Positions 36,932-50,642 of a stretch of 64,000 nt of DNA are shown here, in pieces. The position numbers were made by a program, and so were the translations under genes. How positions within the stretch are numbered: the stretch's first letter is position 1; each line of letters starts with the position of its first letter. This stretch comes from Camelus dromedarius. Its lineage: Eukaryota. The notes below the pieces were generated by a model, which worked only from the letters and a program-made list of their open reading frames with translations, was not told the origin of the DNA and made no database searches. The stretch lies in the NCBI RefSeq assembly GCF_036321535.1, contig NC_087436.1, forward strand, positions 19,222,001 to 19,286,000, read 5' to 3'.

Positions 36932-39900
36932 ATCCACGTGATCTAATGTGTCATTTAAGGCCAGTGGTTTCTTACTGATTTTCTGTCTGGATATTCTATT
37001 TTATTGATATAAGTAGGATATTAAAGTCTTCTACTGTTTTTGTGTTGCTGTCAATTTCTCTTTTTATTTTTGTTAATATTCGCTGTGTGTATTTAGGTGC
37101 TCAAATTGGGTGCATATATATTTACAATTGCTATATCATCTCATTGATTTGATCCTTTTATCATTATAGAATGTCCTTCTTTGTGTCCTGTTACAGGCGT
37201 CATTTTAAAGTCTATTTTGTCTGATATAAGTATTGGTATCCCAGATTTCCTTTTATTTCCATTTGCATGGAATACTTTTTTCCATCCCCTAACTTTCAGT
37301 TTGTGTGTGTCTTTATATCTGAAATGAGTCTACTATAGGCAGCGTTTAATTGGGTCTTGTTTTTTATTCATTCAGCTGCCTTATGTCTTTTGACTGGAGC
37401 ATTTAGTCCATTTACATTTAAATTATTGATAGGTATGTACATAATGCCGCTTCCATTTTGTTAGCTGTTTTCTGGTTGATTTGTAGATCTTCTTTGTTCC
37501 TTTTTCTTCTTTTGCTCTTTCCCCTTGTGATTTGATGACTTTAGTGTTTAGTTTATCTTTGGGGTTATGTTTGGATTTCTTTCTCTTTTTGTATATGTCT
37601 ATTAGAGATTTTTGGTTTGTAGCTACCATAAGGTGTATATGTAATAACATATATGTGATTATTTTAAGTTGATGACTTCTCAAGTTCAAATGCACTCTAA
37701 CAACCCTGCATTTTACAACCCCCCACACACACACAATGTTTTGCCATCATATTTTATATCTTTTTGTTTTGAGTATTCTTTAATTACCTCTTGTGGTTAT
37801 AGATGATTTTACTTTTGTCTTTTAACTTTCCTGCTAGCTTTACAAGTGGTCGATCTACTACCTTTTCTGTATGTTTGCCTTTACCAATAAGAATTTCTTT
37901 CTTTTATAGTTTTCATATTTCAGAGTGGTCTTTTCTTTTTCACTTAGAGAAGTCCCTTTAACATTTTTTATAAAGTCAGTTTAAGGGTGCTAAGCCCTCT
38001 TATCTTCTGCTTATCTGTAAAACTCTTTGTCTCGCCTTCAAATCTGAAAGTCTTCCCAGGTAGAGTATTCTTGGTTGTAGGTGTTTTCTTTACATCACTT
38101 TAAATATATCATGCCACTCTCTTCTGGCCTGCAAAGTTGCTGCTAAAAAATCAGTTTATAGCCTTATGGGACTTTCATTGTACTTAACTAGTGTTTTTCT
38201 CTTGCTGCTTTTAAGATTGTGTCTTTAATTTTCATTCTTTAATTACAGTGTATCTTGGCATGAACCTCTTTAGGTTCATATTATTTGGGACTCTCTGTGC
38301 TTCCTGGAACTGATATCTGTTTCCTTTCCCAGATTAGGGAACTTTTCAGCTATTATCTCTTCAAATTAGTTCTCTACCCTTTCTCTCTTCTCTTTCTGGG
38401 ACCCATATAATGTGAATATTAGTATGTTTGATGTTCTCCTAGACATCTGTTAAATTGTTCTCTTTTTAAAAAAAAAAACAACTCTTTTTTCTGTTCAGCT
38501 TTAGTGATTTCCACCACTCTGTCTTCTGGTTTACAGATCCATTCCTCTGTATCATCTAATCTGCTGTTGATCCCTTCTAGTGTATTTTCTATTTCAGTTA
38601 TTATATTCTTCAGCTCTGTTTGATCCTTCTTTATATTTTCTACCCCCTTAACTTCTCACTGTGTTCATGCATTCTTCTCCTGAGTTCATTGAGCATCTTT
38701 ATGATAATTACCTTGAATTCTTTATCAGGTAGACTACTTATCTCCACTTTGCTTAGTTCTCCTGGGGTTTTATCTTGTTCTTTCATTTAGAAAAAATCCC
38801 TCTGTTACCTCATTTCGCCTAATTCTCTGTATTTATTTCTGTATTAGGTAGGTCAGTTACATTTCCTAATCTTAGAGAAGTGGCCTTACAATAGGAGATG
38901 TACTATGGAGCCCAGCAGCACCCTCCCCTCTGGTCACCAAAGCTATATGCTCTAGGTGTACTCCCTATGTGGGCTGCATAAGCCCTTCTGTTGTGGTGGC
39001 GCTGACTACTATGGGCAGCTGGTAGGGGGGTCTAGCTGCCTGATCCTGTCTCCTATGGTGGCTGCTGGCCCACTGATGAGGGATGGCTGGCCACAGGGGC
39101 TGGGCTGGGCCAACTGGTGGGCAGGGCTGAGTTCCCAGTCCACTAGTTGCTTGGCCTGGAGGGGTCTTAGGACTGGTGCCAATTGGCTGGTGGGCAGGTA
39201 AGCCTCCAGCACTAATGGGCTAGAAAAAGGACTCCAAAATGGTGCTTTCCAGCACCAGTGTCTTCATGGTAGAATGTTATTGGAAACTCATATTCATTTT
39301 CTTTAAATCTAGAAAAGTGAATGTTACATGCTTATGATTTCTTTAAAATTTCACAGCAAAAACTTATAGCTAAAATTGTGTTCAAAATTTTAATTATGAA
39401 GAAATTCAATAATAGTTGGAGAAATCAAAGAAAAATATCACTAATTAACCAATTATTTCACTTAGAGAGACACCAGTATTTAAAAGATTTATAGCTATCT
39501 TTTGACCAATAATTTCACATTTCTTCTTTAGTTACCTAACATTTCCATTTATCAGAAAGGAACAAGTGCTTTATTATTTTCTTCTTAAAAAGATAAAGCA
39601 TTTTGAGTCATTGGATGCTATTCTGGCTAAAATTTAAGCTCAATAGTCTCATGAATTTTCATAGCTGAATTTTAAAAAATACCTCACAGATACGGTAGAA
39701 GAGACTCCAGTGGTCTCTCAGAAGTAAATGTCTGTGTACCCGGGAAAGCTGTTATATTGTGTTTATATGCTAATAACATCCTGGCTTGTTCAAATATTAA
39801 ATATTTTCTGAAAATCATCAGTGTAATAGTTCTGTTTCCTCAAGTTCTTATTTGACAACTTGAGAAAGCCACTCTGGAAGACATCTTTGGTAGGCATTTG

Positions 39901-40315
39901 TCACTCTTAAGATGAAAACCAGTTGATTTTAAACAATAAGTTATCCAACACTACAGCTAGATAACATACTAACATAAAATAGGATAAGTAAATAGATTCT
40001 TCTTAAATAATAATTCTAATAGTATTTTAAAATATGCTTCTAAAAGTCCATTAAGTATTAATCTATTATTGTTTCAAGGAAAACATATTTGAAATTAGGT
40101 GTATGACTGCCATTATTTCATGCAAGCTCATGAATTTTTGTAATTGTGATATATATCATACTTACAGAAGTGTACAGAACATATATATTTCATCCAAATG
40201 TCATGTATTAATCAAAACATGATGCTAAATTCCATAGCATGTCAAATCTGTACTATATTAGAATGTTCAGAACTTACCTTAAATTGTTAGAATAAATCAT
40301 TATCAGTTTATAGAT

Positions 40316-40940
40316 TTATTCATTCACCCATTCAAAAACTAATTGTTGAAGAAAAGCTCTAAGTGTTCTAAAGAGCTGTATGTTAGGATTCTTGCCTTCA
40401 GGAAGTGTTCATTTTAACAGAGGATTTGAGATACATACTATGATTTTTTCAAAGAACTATGAGAGATAACTCTGTTTTCATGGACGAATTCATGGAAGAG
40501 CTGAACTTAAAAGATGAACAGGATTCTTTGGCCAATAGGCAAAGTGGAATAGAAGAAAAATCTAAATAAATAATGGAACTGCATGAACAAAGGACAGAAA
40601 TGAAAAGACGAGAATTGTGAGGGAAATGGCAAGGAACCCAGTTTACCTGAACATACTGTATCTATGGGGAAATAGTGGGAAATAAAGGTGAGCTCTATTA
40701 AGATGGAGAACAGCGAAACGTTTGGACTTGTGTTTTGGTCATTGGGAGGCTTCTCAAGATTTTTATCCCAGCGTCAGATGAGCAGAGCAGACCTTTAGGA
40801 AGATTAATCTGGGAGTAAAATACAAGATAGATATTGGAGACAAGGAAGAGAGAAGCCAGAGAGACCAGTGGAAGACTACTGTAATAGATCTAGTAACAGA
40901 GGCTAAATTAAGGTCGGAGCCTGAAAATGGAGAGGAACAG
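40316..40940 (-). mobile_element. L2 3' portion
   Basis: TTTATTCATTCACCCATTCAAAAACT...CTTGCCTTCAGGAAG...TTTAGGAAGATTAATCTGG...GAGACCAGTGGAAGACTACTGTAATAG. Confidence 0.7.
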
Positions 40941-41129
40941 CTAATAAAAATCTTTATATTAAGATATTTTAACTTAAACTCCTTTTTCTTGAAATATGAA
41001 TCATAATTTGTAATGTTGATGATAATTTAGTTTGTTTCAGGCACTGAGCTAGGTGCTAAGATAAAAAAAAATCTTGGATTCTCTTTTCAGATAGTCAATA
41101 TAATAAAAACAAGTAATAGCAACATTTCA

Positions 41130-41455
41130 GTCCTATAAAAAGCTTTCACAATTGAATTCTATCAACTTTTAAGGAATAGATATCTCCAGTGCTATTTAAA
41201 CTTTTCAAGGTTACAGATAAAAAAGAAGCATCCAATTATTTTTACAAAACCAGTGTAGAATTTAATACAAAAATTTAACAAAGCACTAAAAGAGAAAAAT
41301 AACTATAGAACTATCAGACTTTCAAACAGTACTACAAAATTTTGAATAAGCAGAATCAAGTAGACTATTAAAAGAATAACATGCCATGACCAAATGAGGT
41401 TTGTAACAGGAGTGTAGAGACAGCCCAGTATGAGGAGATTTATTAATGTAACTCA
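41130..41455 (+). mobile_element. Ancient L1 ORF2 fragment (left part, split by an L2)
   Basis: TTCACAATTGAATTCTATCAACTTTTAAGGAA...CATGACCAAATGAGGTTT...TATTAATGTAACTCAC; colinear with the L1 at ~9320-9640. Confidence 0.75.
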
Positions 41456-42221
41456 CTGCCCTTCCCTCAGCCTCCCCTGTAAGATTCAAGATGTATCCCA
41501 AAACTCCTCCTACTCCTCCAGAGACCTAGGTGTTCTGGATAATGTCATTTCACTTCTGCCTCCACATTCAAAGTTGGCAGGAGTACAGAGCACAGCCAAT
41601 CTCTGTGAGTTGCAGGCAAAACTCCTCCCCTAGCTTTGGCTCCTGACTCCCAGCTTTACGCCCACTCTCTGCCTGCGGCTATCAGGTGTAATCTCCCTGT
41701 ATCTATTCTCACTCTTCAAAGCAGTGATGACAAAACATCCTGATCTCCCAAGACTCAGTCCATAAGGTTTTCTACACACGCTTCCCCCACCCATCCCATC
41801 TCCCAATTCTCTTCAACCACTGAAATCCTTTCAGTGACTCCTTAGAAATTCATGGTCAGAGAAGCAATACCCTCCATCTGTCTCCACATCTCTCCTTTTC
41901 ATCCCTTGAAGCTCTTATCTCCTGGTTCATTGTCACTATGCATAATGATCCTCCAGCATTTTCTCTTCTCACTTTCCTGACCTCTTCTACTTCAATGACC
42001 TTGTCTTCCATCTTATCTTACCTACTCTTTCCTGTAGTTAAACCTAATAGACCTTTTCAATAGTGAAAACTGCACTGCCTTCAACTCAGTTTCAAAAATC
42101 CCACCATCTCCTGTCCCTGCACTTTGCTTCATATAATAAATGAGTTCCTTTCAAGCCCTATTATCAGTTGGTCCTCCCACCTTTTCATTTTCCCTCAGTT
42201 CCCTCATGTTCACATTTCATT

Positions 42222-43060
42222 CCACTGTTTCCTAGTTCCCAGCATATATTAGTTTTGGGGATTTGGGAATGAGAAACAGAGTTCGTAGGAATTCCCTCAA
42301 TCATAAGCTGTTCTTAAAATACTTCCATAGTCTTCATACTCCTGATTTACTATCAATATATTTAAAAGTCTATAATCTAAAAATATAAATATATGAATAA
42401 ATATTAAGTTGAGTAAAATTGACAAAGAGCTGTTGCTTAGAGTGATTATTCAAACCCTAGAAAATGCCAGCAAACATTATTGGGTGAGAATTCAAATAAC
42501 GTAACATTCCAGTCACTTAGTAGTGCAACAGCACTACTCAGAATCACGTATCAGAAATGCAAACTGAGAGATTTTTCTTTTTGCTTTGAAAACATATTTC
42601 TTGGAATACCATTCACAGAATGTGTGTGAAGTATAGTACTCATGTAAGCCAAATAACAGTTAATTTCCTTGAAAGATCAACTCACCATTAGCAGCAGACA
42701 ATGCCATAAGCACATACTTATAGCACGGCCACAGCCCAAAACAAGCCTAACCAGAACATGACTATTTCTCTCTTACATGTTCTCATTAAATTTCCAGAGA
42801 TATCAACCTTAGCTTTGATCCTGAGTTTCAGCATTTCCTACTCTTGATTTCAGCTTGATGCTAGTGGATTTCTTCCCCCAAAGTATCGTCTTTATGTTGT
42901 TAGGCATTCATTCTCACAGGGGAATTATAATGCTTTTACCTGTTTCCCCAATCTATCAACTTATCTTTTTTTTCCTGGGATTCAGGATTGAACAAAACAT
43001 AGAAATTTCCTGAAAAATTCCAGGAAGAAATTGCCACATGAAAACTACTTTTCTGTCTTT
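42222..43060. other. Unclassified ~840-bp insert within the L2, possibly an old DNA transposon
   Basis: L2 homology stops and then resumes colinearly; TTCCC/GGGAA-like motifs cluster at both ends of the insert. Confidence 0.4.
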
Positions 43061-44944
43061 AAGCAGCTTAGAGTCTGTGGTCCATCTCTTGCCCCTCTGT
43101 CTTCTTCATAATTGCCTGGTAAAACCATGACATTAACTAAACTCAACTCTCTGTCGACTTCTTGTTTGTATCCTTAAAACAGAATGTTGCTGCAGAAAAG
43201 CAGACGGCCATGCTGATTGGTGTAATTTTAAATTCATGATCACTAACCTTAAGTGGGCCTTTAATGCTGACCCCAATCACTATACTCCTCGAGTTCATTC
43301 TCTCTCCCCTTCTTGTAGATGACTACTTCACATTTTGTCCCCTTTACTCAAACCTCCAACACTTTCTCCCCCATCCTCACTCTCAGTTGATGATCCTATT
43401 TCTTATTTTATTAAAAAACAATCAAAAGAGAACTCCCAATACAGTATCATCACATCCACTCACTTACCTACATCTCTGCTCAATATATACATTCTCTCCT
43501 TTTGCTGAGGATTGACTGTCATGCTCCCAGCCTAGGCCAGTCTGTCTACCTGTGTACTATATCTCATCCATTCTCATTTTCTCAAAGCCATTACCTCCAA
43601 CAGTTCTCACCTCTCTCCATCTGCATCAAATGATCTGTAGATCATTCTTATCAGTATATAAACATGCAGTAATTTCTCTCACCTTTAGAAAAAAAGTCTC
43701 TTGACCTCACAGTCCTCACCAGTTACTGCCCCATTTCTCTGCTCCACTTCATCACAACACTCTTTAAAGAATCATCTACGTTAGCTGCTTCTAATTCCTG
43801 TCTCCCCATTCTCTCCTGAACCCACTCACATCAGATGCCTAGTCCCACCTTCTACCAAGACTGTGCTTCTCTAACTCATCAATGACTTCCACATCATCAA
43901 ACCCAGTAGGCATTTCTCAGTCCTCCTCATCTTATTTGACCTATCAGCAACACTGAGCAGAGTCAATTACTCCCTCCTCCTTTAAATATGCTTTTCAAAT
44001 GGCTTACCATACTGGCTTCTCCTTCCTCCCTAACCACTCCTGTTCAGTCCCCTTTGCTGGTTCCATGTAATCTTCCTGATCTTTAAGTGTTAGAGTGACC
44101 CATGGCTCAAGCTTTAATTTCTTCTCTTTTCTATTTGCACTCATTCTCTTGTTGATCTCATCCAATTTCATGGCCTTAAATATTATCTATTCACTAATAA
44201 TTCTCATATTTATTTATATGCCCTGGAGCTCTCCTCTCACCCAAATTCCAAGCTTGTATACAAAATTCCTAACTGACATCTTCCCTTGAATATCTAGGAG
44301 ACATGTCAGACTTGGAATGTGCAAAATCACCCTCTCATCCCTTACCCCAACTGCGCCCAAATGGTGCTCCCTCCAGGCTGTCCTGTCTCAATTAATGGGT
44401 GCATTATCCTTCCATTTGCACAAATTTAAAACCTGAGTGTCATCCTTAATCTCCTCACATGCCACTTCAAATCTGCCAACATACCCTGTTCCTGGAAAAC
44501 ATATCCAGTATCATGTAACTTCTTACTATCCCCCTGCTACCTCCATATCTTGCCTGGATTGTTGAAATAGCTTCCCATACAGTCTCTTCTAGACACAGCA
44601 GTCAGAGTAATCCTTTTAAAATACTAGTTAGATTATGTCACTCCTCTGCTTAAAACCCTCTGAATGATTTCCTATCTCACATGAAGTAAAAGCTAACATG
44701 CCCCCAACAGTGAGACTGTATGTGATCTGGCCCTCGGTTACCTGTCTGATAACCATTCCTTCTCCTCCCGCCCACTGTGCTAGTCCCCCTCTTCCCACAC
44801 AGGTCTCCTTCTGTTCCTGGGACACACCAGGCAGGCTCCACCTCGGGACCTTTGGACTTGCTATTCTTTTTGCCTGTGCTGCGCTTTGAGATAGTCCCAT
44901 GGCTTACTTCCCTTAGAATTTTAGCCAAATATCACGTGGTCATA

Positions 44945-45087
44945 CTGTTTTGAATTTGGTTTTGTTTTGGGAGGGAGGTAATTAGGTTTATTTATTTACT
45001 TATCAATTTTAATGGAGGTACTAAGGATTGAACCCAGGACCTCAGGCATGCTAAGCATGCACTGTACCACTGAGCTATACCCTCCCC
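44945..45087 (-). mobile_element. tRNA-derived SINE (Vic-1-like)
   Basis: GGAGGTAATTAGGTTTATTTATTT...GGAGGTACTAAGGATTGAACCCAGGACCTC...CCACTGAGCTATACCCTCCCC. Confidence 0.92.
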
Positions 45088-45348
45088 TCTCACCTCATCG
45101 TACTTTTAGAAGTTGCAAACCACCCCCATACACATATATACATTCCCTATATCTATACACTTCCCTTTGTAGCATATATTATCATGTGACATGTATTTTA
45201 TTTATTTACTGTCTGTCTTTAACCTCTAGAATTATAAGCTTCATGACAATAAGATTTTGTCTATTTTCTTTCCCCAGTGTCGTATTCCCAAAACTTAGAA
45301 CACAGATACATTATAGGCACTTTCCAAGTATTTGTTGAATGAATGAAC

Positions 45349-46310
45349 AACTGAGAAGAGAAAGATTGCATGATTATCTCAATGGGTGCTCATAATATAT
45401 TTACTAAAATTCATCATCTATGCTAGGAATAATTCCATAAAAGCAATAATAAAATAAAAGTGCTTACTATCACTGCTATCATTTAACATTATTATAAAGA
45501 AAGAAGACATATAAGAACTGGAAAAGGATGAGAACAGTGTATAGTCATTTACATAGATTTAGTTGCTCATTTGAAAAACCAAGGAAAAACAATGAAATGC
45601 CTTATAAACAACAAAAGAACTTGATAAAATGGCTAGGTACAAAAGTAATAGGTAAAAACCAGTAGTCTTCTAGCTTCTGCTTAAATGTAGAAAGCTAGAA
45701 ATAATGTCATTCTAACCCTTTCAGCAACAACAAAACTACAAGATCTGCGAAATAATTTTTTTTGAACCCATAAGAGACCTGAGATCACAGGGCAACCAAC
45801 CCAACTCTACAACCAAAAGAGAAAAAAAACAAAAATGTATCTTTATAAAAACAAAACATTTCTGTATGACAAAACACCACAAATTTTTCAAGTTTTTAAA
45901 TGAACTTGGAAAAGAATCTGCAAATGTCACCGAAAGCTCATCTCTATTACAAAAAAAATTATAAATATAAATTTAAAATTATAAATCAGCAGGCAAAAGA
46001 CTAATAACTCAATTTTTTAAATGGAAGAAGGATATGGAGAATTTACCAAAAAGTAAATTTTAATGTGAAAAAAATGCTGGACTTTACACATAACAAGAAA
46101 ATGTAAATTAAAAGTATAGGAAGGTTTCTCATCTATCAGATTAGCAGGTTTGTTAATGCATATGTTAGTGAGCATGTGATGATAGATGATCTCCCGCAAA
46201 ACTGGTGAAAGGATAAATGCAGCCTCTCAGGAGAGTAGTTTGGCAACATAGAAATTTTAAATGCACAAAGCTTTGATCCAAAACTCTGTGTTGATCCAAC
46301 AGATAGACTA
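45349..46310 (+). mobile_element. Ancient L1 fragments (continuation of 41130-41455), including an L1 5'-end-like piece at ~45665-45815
   Basis: GCATGATTATCTCAATGGGTGCT...AAAATTC continues the RT from where it stopped at 41455; later ORF2 3' pieces such as AAGAAAATGTAAATTAAAA. Confidence 0.65.
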
Positions 46311-46355
46311 ACACATTCATTTATTCAACTATTTACTAAGCATCTGTATATGCTA

Positions 46356-47170
46356 GTACTGCACACTGATTAGAATGGCCAGAATCTGGAGCATGACAAC
46401 ATCAAGTGCTGGTGAGGGTGTGGAGCAACGGGAACTCTCCTTCATTGAAAATGCTAAATGCTGCAGCCTAGAAGACACGGTGGCAGTTTCTTACAAAACT
46501 AAACATACTCTTATCTTACCAGTGAGCAGTCACACTCCTTGGTATTTACCCAAAAGAGCTGAAAACTTATGTCCACACAGACACTTGCATGTGGATGATT
46601 ACAGCAACTTTCTTCATATTTGCCAAAACTTGGAAGCAACCAAGATATCTTTCTGTAGATGAATGGATAAATAAACTTTGATACATCCAGAAAATGAAAT
46701 ATTACTTAGTGCAAAAAAAAAGAATTAGTTATCAAGCCATGAAAAGACATGGAGGAAACTTAAATGCATATTACATTAAGTAAAAGAAACCAACCTGAAA
46801 AGGTTGCATACTGTATGATTCCAAGTCTATGACATTCTGGAAAAGTCAAAACTATGAACACAGAAAAAGAAAAATCAGTGGTGGCCAGGGATTGGGGGTG
46901 AGGGAAGGATGAATAGGTAGAGCACAGGGGATTTTTAAGACAGTGAGATTATTCTGTATGAAACTATAATAGTGGATACATGTCATTATGTATTTGTCCA
47001 AATCCATAGAATGTACAATATCAAGAGTGAACCCAGTGGAGTCTGCTCATAGTGGGGGAGGCTCTGTGTGCGTGGGGTTGGGGAGACAGATATATGTGAA
47101 CCCTCCGTGCTTTTTACTCACTTTTGCTGTGAACTCAAAACTGTTCTAAAAAAATTAAGTCTATTCTTTT
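46356..47170 (+). mobile_element. L1 (L1MC-like) 3' end
   Basis: TTAGAATGGCCAGAATC...GTGCTGGTGAGGGTGTGGAGCAACGGGAACTCTC...TTTTGCTGTGAACTCAAAACTG. Confidence 0.9.
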
Positions 47171-47479
47171 TCTAAAAAAAAAAAAAAGAGAGAGAAAGGG
47201 AATGATATCCAAAATATATGATTTCTTTTAAAGTACAGAAATATATGTACATAAATAAGACATAAATATGTATTATGTATTTATATGTGAATATGTACTG
47301 TTTTATATACACATGAAGTGTTTCTAAAGGGATACTCAAGAAATAGTAATAGTGGTTGCCTCTAGGGAAGAGAAGTGAGTTGCTGGCGATCAAGGATTTC
47401 AAACAGATTTTTTACTGTTCAACCTTAAAAAAAAAGACCATGTGTATGTATCACCTCTTTAAAAAATAATTTAACTTTT

Positions 47480-47803
47480 TAGATGCAAATGAACTTATTT
47501 ACAAAACAGAAACAGACTCACAGACATAGGAAACAAACTTATGGTTACCACAGGGGAAAGAGGGTGGGAAGAGATAAATTAGGAGTTTGGGATTTGCAGA
47601 TACTAACTACTATATATAAAATAGATAAACAACAAGTTCATACTGTATAGCACAGGGAACTATATTCAATATCTTGTAGTGACCTATAATGAAAAAGAAT
47701 ATGAAAAGGAATATAAGTATGTACATGTATGACTGAAACATTATGCTGTGCATCAGAAATTGACACAACATTGTAAACTACATTTAAATTTTTTTAAATA
47801 AAA
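47480..47803 (+). mobile_element. Young L1 3' end
   Basis: GCAAATGAACTTATTTACAAAACAGAAACAGACTCACAGACATAGG...CAGAAATTGACACAACATTGTAAACT. Confidence 0.92.
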
Positions 47804-47872
47804 TAGTAATTATAATACCTCTTAAATTAAAAAACATGATATGCAGGGAATAATTACAGAATTCTTAGAGCC

Positions 47873-48242
47873 TGTCTTAGTCTGTTGGATTGCTATGACA
47901 AAAATACAATAGACTGAGTGACTTATAAAGAACAGGAATTTATTTCTCACTGTCTGGAGGCTGGAAGGCCCAAGACAGAGGCATTGGCAGATTCAGTGTC
48001 TGGTGAGAGCTCACTTCCTGCTTCATAGCAGCCCATCCTTTCACTATGTCCTAATGTGACAGAAGAGGTGAAGGAACTCTATGGTGGCTTCTTTTATAGG
48101 GACACTAATCCCATTCATAAGGGCTCCACCCTCATGACCTAATCACCTCCCAAAGGCCTGGCCTCTAAATACCATCACCCTGGGCATTAGGATTTAACAT
48201 GTGAATTTGGGGGGATGGGGCACAAACATTGAGTCTATAGCA
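47873..48242 (-). mobile_element. MLT1A-like MaLR solo LTR
   Basis: TG...CA ends, 370 bp; TTTATTTCTCAC..TCTGGAGGCTGGAAG and CACTAATCCCATTCATAAGGGCTCCACCCTCATGACCTAATCACCTCCCAAAGGCC. Confidence 0.92.
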
Positions 48243-49378
48243 AGGCCTATTATTTTTTTAAATCCTTCAAAAAGGATTTAATAAAGTTCTTCCTCTGTAA
48301 TAATGTCAATGCCATGAGAATATTCTATTTATTTCACTTTCTAAAGCTGGAACTTCTTTACTACACTGAGTTTATATACTACAGTTCAGAAAAAGTAGTT
48401 CATGGAGTCACTGGTGATATATGCATGAAGCATGTCACTTCTCTTTAATGTCATTCCAAAGAAGTTGTTTGTATAACATCTTAATGAAAAGTATCATTCA
48501 ACCTGGGCAAGATAACAGGTATCAAAGAGAAAAACGCCATTATGTACCAGTGTTTAAATAAGAAAACAGGTCAGGTGAGTGAGAGAGAACCCAGGTATCA
48601 GGGCAAGGCTGTGTCAGGGAAATTTTTTAAATAGGTGGTTTAGGTGTATGGATATGAGGGACTCTATTCAAGTTGACATGTAATTTACTTGACATTCCCA
48701 ATTGGGATGAAATGCTGTAAGATGCTGGAGCAAATCCACACAACTTTAAACTACATAGAGTATTTGGGTTTTTTACTCCCAGTTTCTTAGTTCAGGTAAA
48801 AATGGCAAGAATGATGGAGAAAAAATTTTAAAGTACTTTGTATTTATATTGTACATCTATTAATATGTTTATATTATATTCACTTATATTTATATTACTT
48901 ATATATTCAATATTTATACAATTATATGTTTTTATATACTTACAAATTTGTTGCGGTCTTATCACTGAAAAACCTATTTTATATTTTTCTTCAATTTAAT
49001 TCACTCTCATGGGGTTAGCCATAAAAGTAGTCTTTTTCCAGTAATTTTTGTCATCTGAAATATGTATTATCATTTTTAATATCTTCTCATTCATTAAAGC
49101 GTAATTTATATAGTGCTTTCCTATATAATATTTGTCAGCTTTCAGATATAGTACCTTTTTCTTTTTTCCCCAACCACAGTGCAAGAGAGCCAGAGAAGGT
49201 TAACTTGAAAGGAAGAGGTTATTTGTGTAGTAAGGAAAACATCTTAACTCTGCTATCCTTTCTCTCTCCTCCACTCTATGGCCAATACAATTATATAACC
49301 AAAATGCAGAAAGGTGACTTGACATCGTCTTTGCTCTTTAAAACAACTGCACCCTTGAAAATTAAGATACTCTATATA

Positions 49379-49533
49379 AACAACAAGGACCTACTGCATA
49401 GCACAGGGAGCTATTCAGTAACTATAATGAAAAAGAATATGAAAAAGAATATATGTGTGTATAACTGAATCACTGTGCTGCACACCAGAAACTAACACAA
49501 CGTTGTAAATTAACTATACTTCAATTTAAAAAA
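49379..49533 (+). mobile_element. Short L1 3' end
   Basis: AACAACAAGGACCTACTGCATAGCACAGGG...CTATACTTCAATTTAAAAAA; TSD AAGATACTCTATATA (49364-49378) / AAGATACTTTATGTA (49534-49548). Confidence 0.9.
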
Positions 49534-50564
49534 AAGATACTTTATGTAGCTGAAACCTTCATTCATGAAGACAGGAAGGAAAAATTAACTAAGTAGTTCT
49601 TCAAACTTAACTTTTAAATTATCTTTAGCAATTGTACGTAAAGAGCCCATTTCTTCTCTGAAGCACTTCAGATATTGTGACTAAAAGTTTAGACTTTCTC
49701 TGCTTTACTTTCAAAATGAGCAAATAATATATCCAAGAAGAAAACCAGTTCTTAAAAACTGTGTATTTCTTAGGTACTCATTAAAGAGTTGTCCATAGAT
49801 CTTGCTGGAAAATTCTTTCTTAATTAGATGGCTTTTCAAACCAATAGATTTGTCTTCATATATCTTTTGTGCTCTCACCTAAACTTTTAAGAGCAGACAG
49901 TCCTTCACCATGTCTTTCAGCAGGGATTTATTGCCCATCTGCCATATGCCAAGCAATACTTTATTATGCCACATTTTAAAAAGTAAATCATAAGGTACAA
50001 ACTGTGTTCATTCAGAAACCATTAAGTGTGTACGCTCTCTCAGACATCAGGCAGGGTACAGGGATGAATATATTATTTTTCAAAAGAGCAAAGTCTATAA
50101 TCCTAAGACCACCAAGAAATGGTGATTCTGTGCTTAAATTCAAACCACAGAAAGTTTTCCAAAAGTGACTTCTACCTACCTATAGGTCAGAATATACGTG
50201 CAGGTGTATTATGTGCACATGCTCCAACACAGAGATTCAAATTCTGACCCACCAATCAAGCTATTGAAGAACTCAGTCCTACCATGGAGAACCCAACAGG
50301 CTTACTTTTCCTGAGACAAGCATTTAAGTGCATTTATATGTATTCTGTTAATGTCTTAGTGTTTGTTTTGAAGCCTTATGCTGCCTCCTAGACGCCTATT
50401 AATGCTTTAGCAAACTGTACATAAAACTCTCACTTCTTCTCTGAAGACCAAGCACAAATACAGAGAATCATGCTGTGATTATAGATTGAGTCCCCCACTG
50501 AAAACCCCACCCCAACCCCGCCAGCCATGTACTCCTGAATCCATCTAATTTGAACACTGCTACC

Positions 50565-50642
50565 AACTGTAGCTCAGCACCTAGCTCACAAATGTGTTTT
50601 TCACTCAGTAGGTATTCAGTGAATATCTGTTGAATGAATGAC
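50565..50642 (+). mobile_element. L2 3' tail
   Basis: CAGCACCTAGC...CAGTAGGTATTCAGTGAATATCTGTTGAATGAATGA. Confidence 0.7.

Larger units (their letters stand above)
34325..39275 (-). mobile_element. Decayed L1 spanning part of the 5'UTR, ORF1, ORF2 and the 3'UTR, with a ~1.4-kb internal ORF2 deletion at ~36648
   Basis: 3'UTR ~34325-35040; ORF2 C-terminal half to ~36648; endonuclease region ~36650-37445; ORF1 ~37900-38800 homologous to 6600-7420; GC-richer 5'UTR ~38800-39275. Confidence 0.93.
41456..45347 (+). mobile_element. Long L2 LINE, interrupted at ~42222-43060 and by a SINE at ~44945-45087
   Basis: Pyrimidine-rich L2 body (TTAAATTCATGATCACTAACCT; CTCATCTTATTTGACCTATCAGCA; ACAGCAGTCAGAGTAATCCTTTTAAAA) ending in the canonical TTTGTTGAATGAATGAA. 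Confidence 0.85.
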
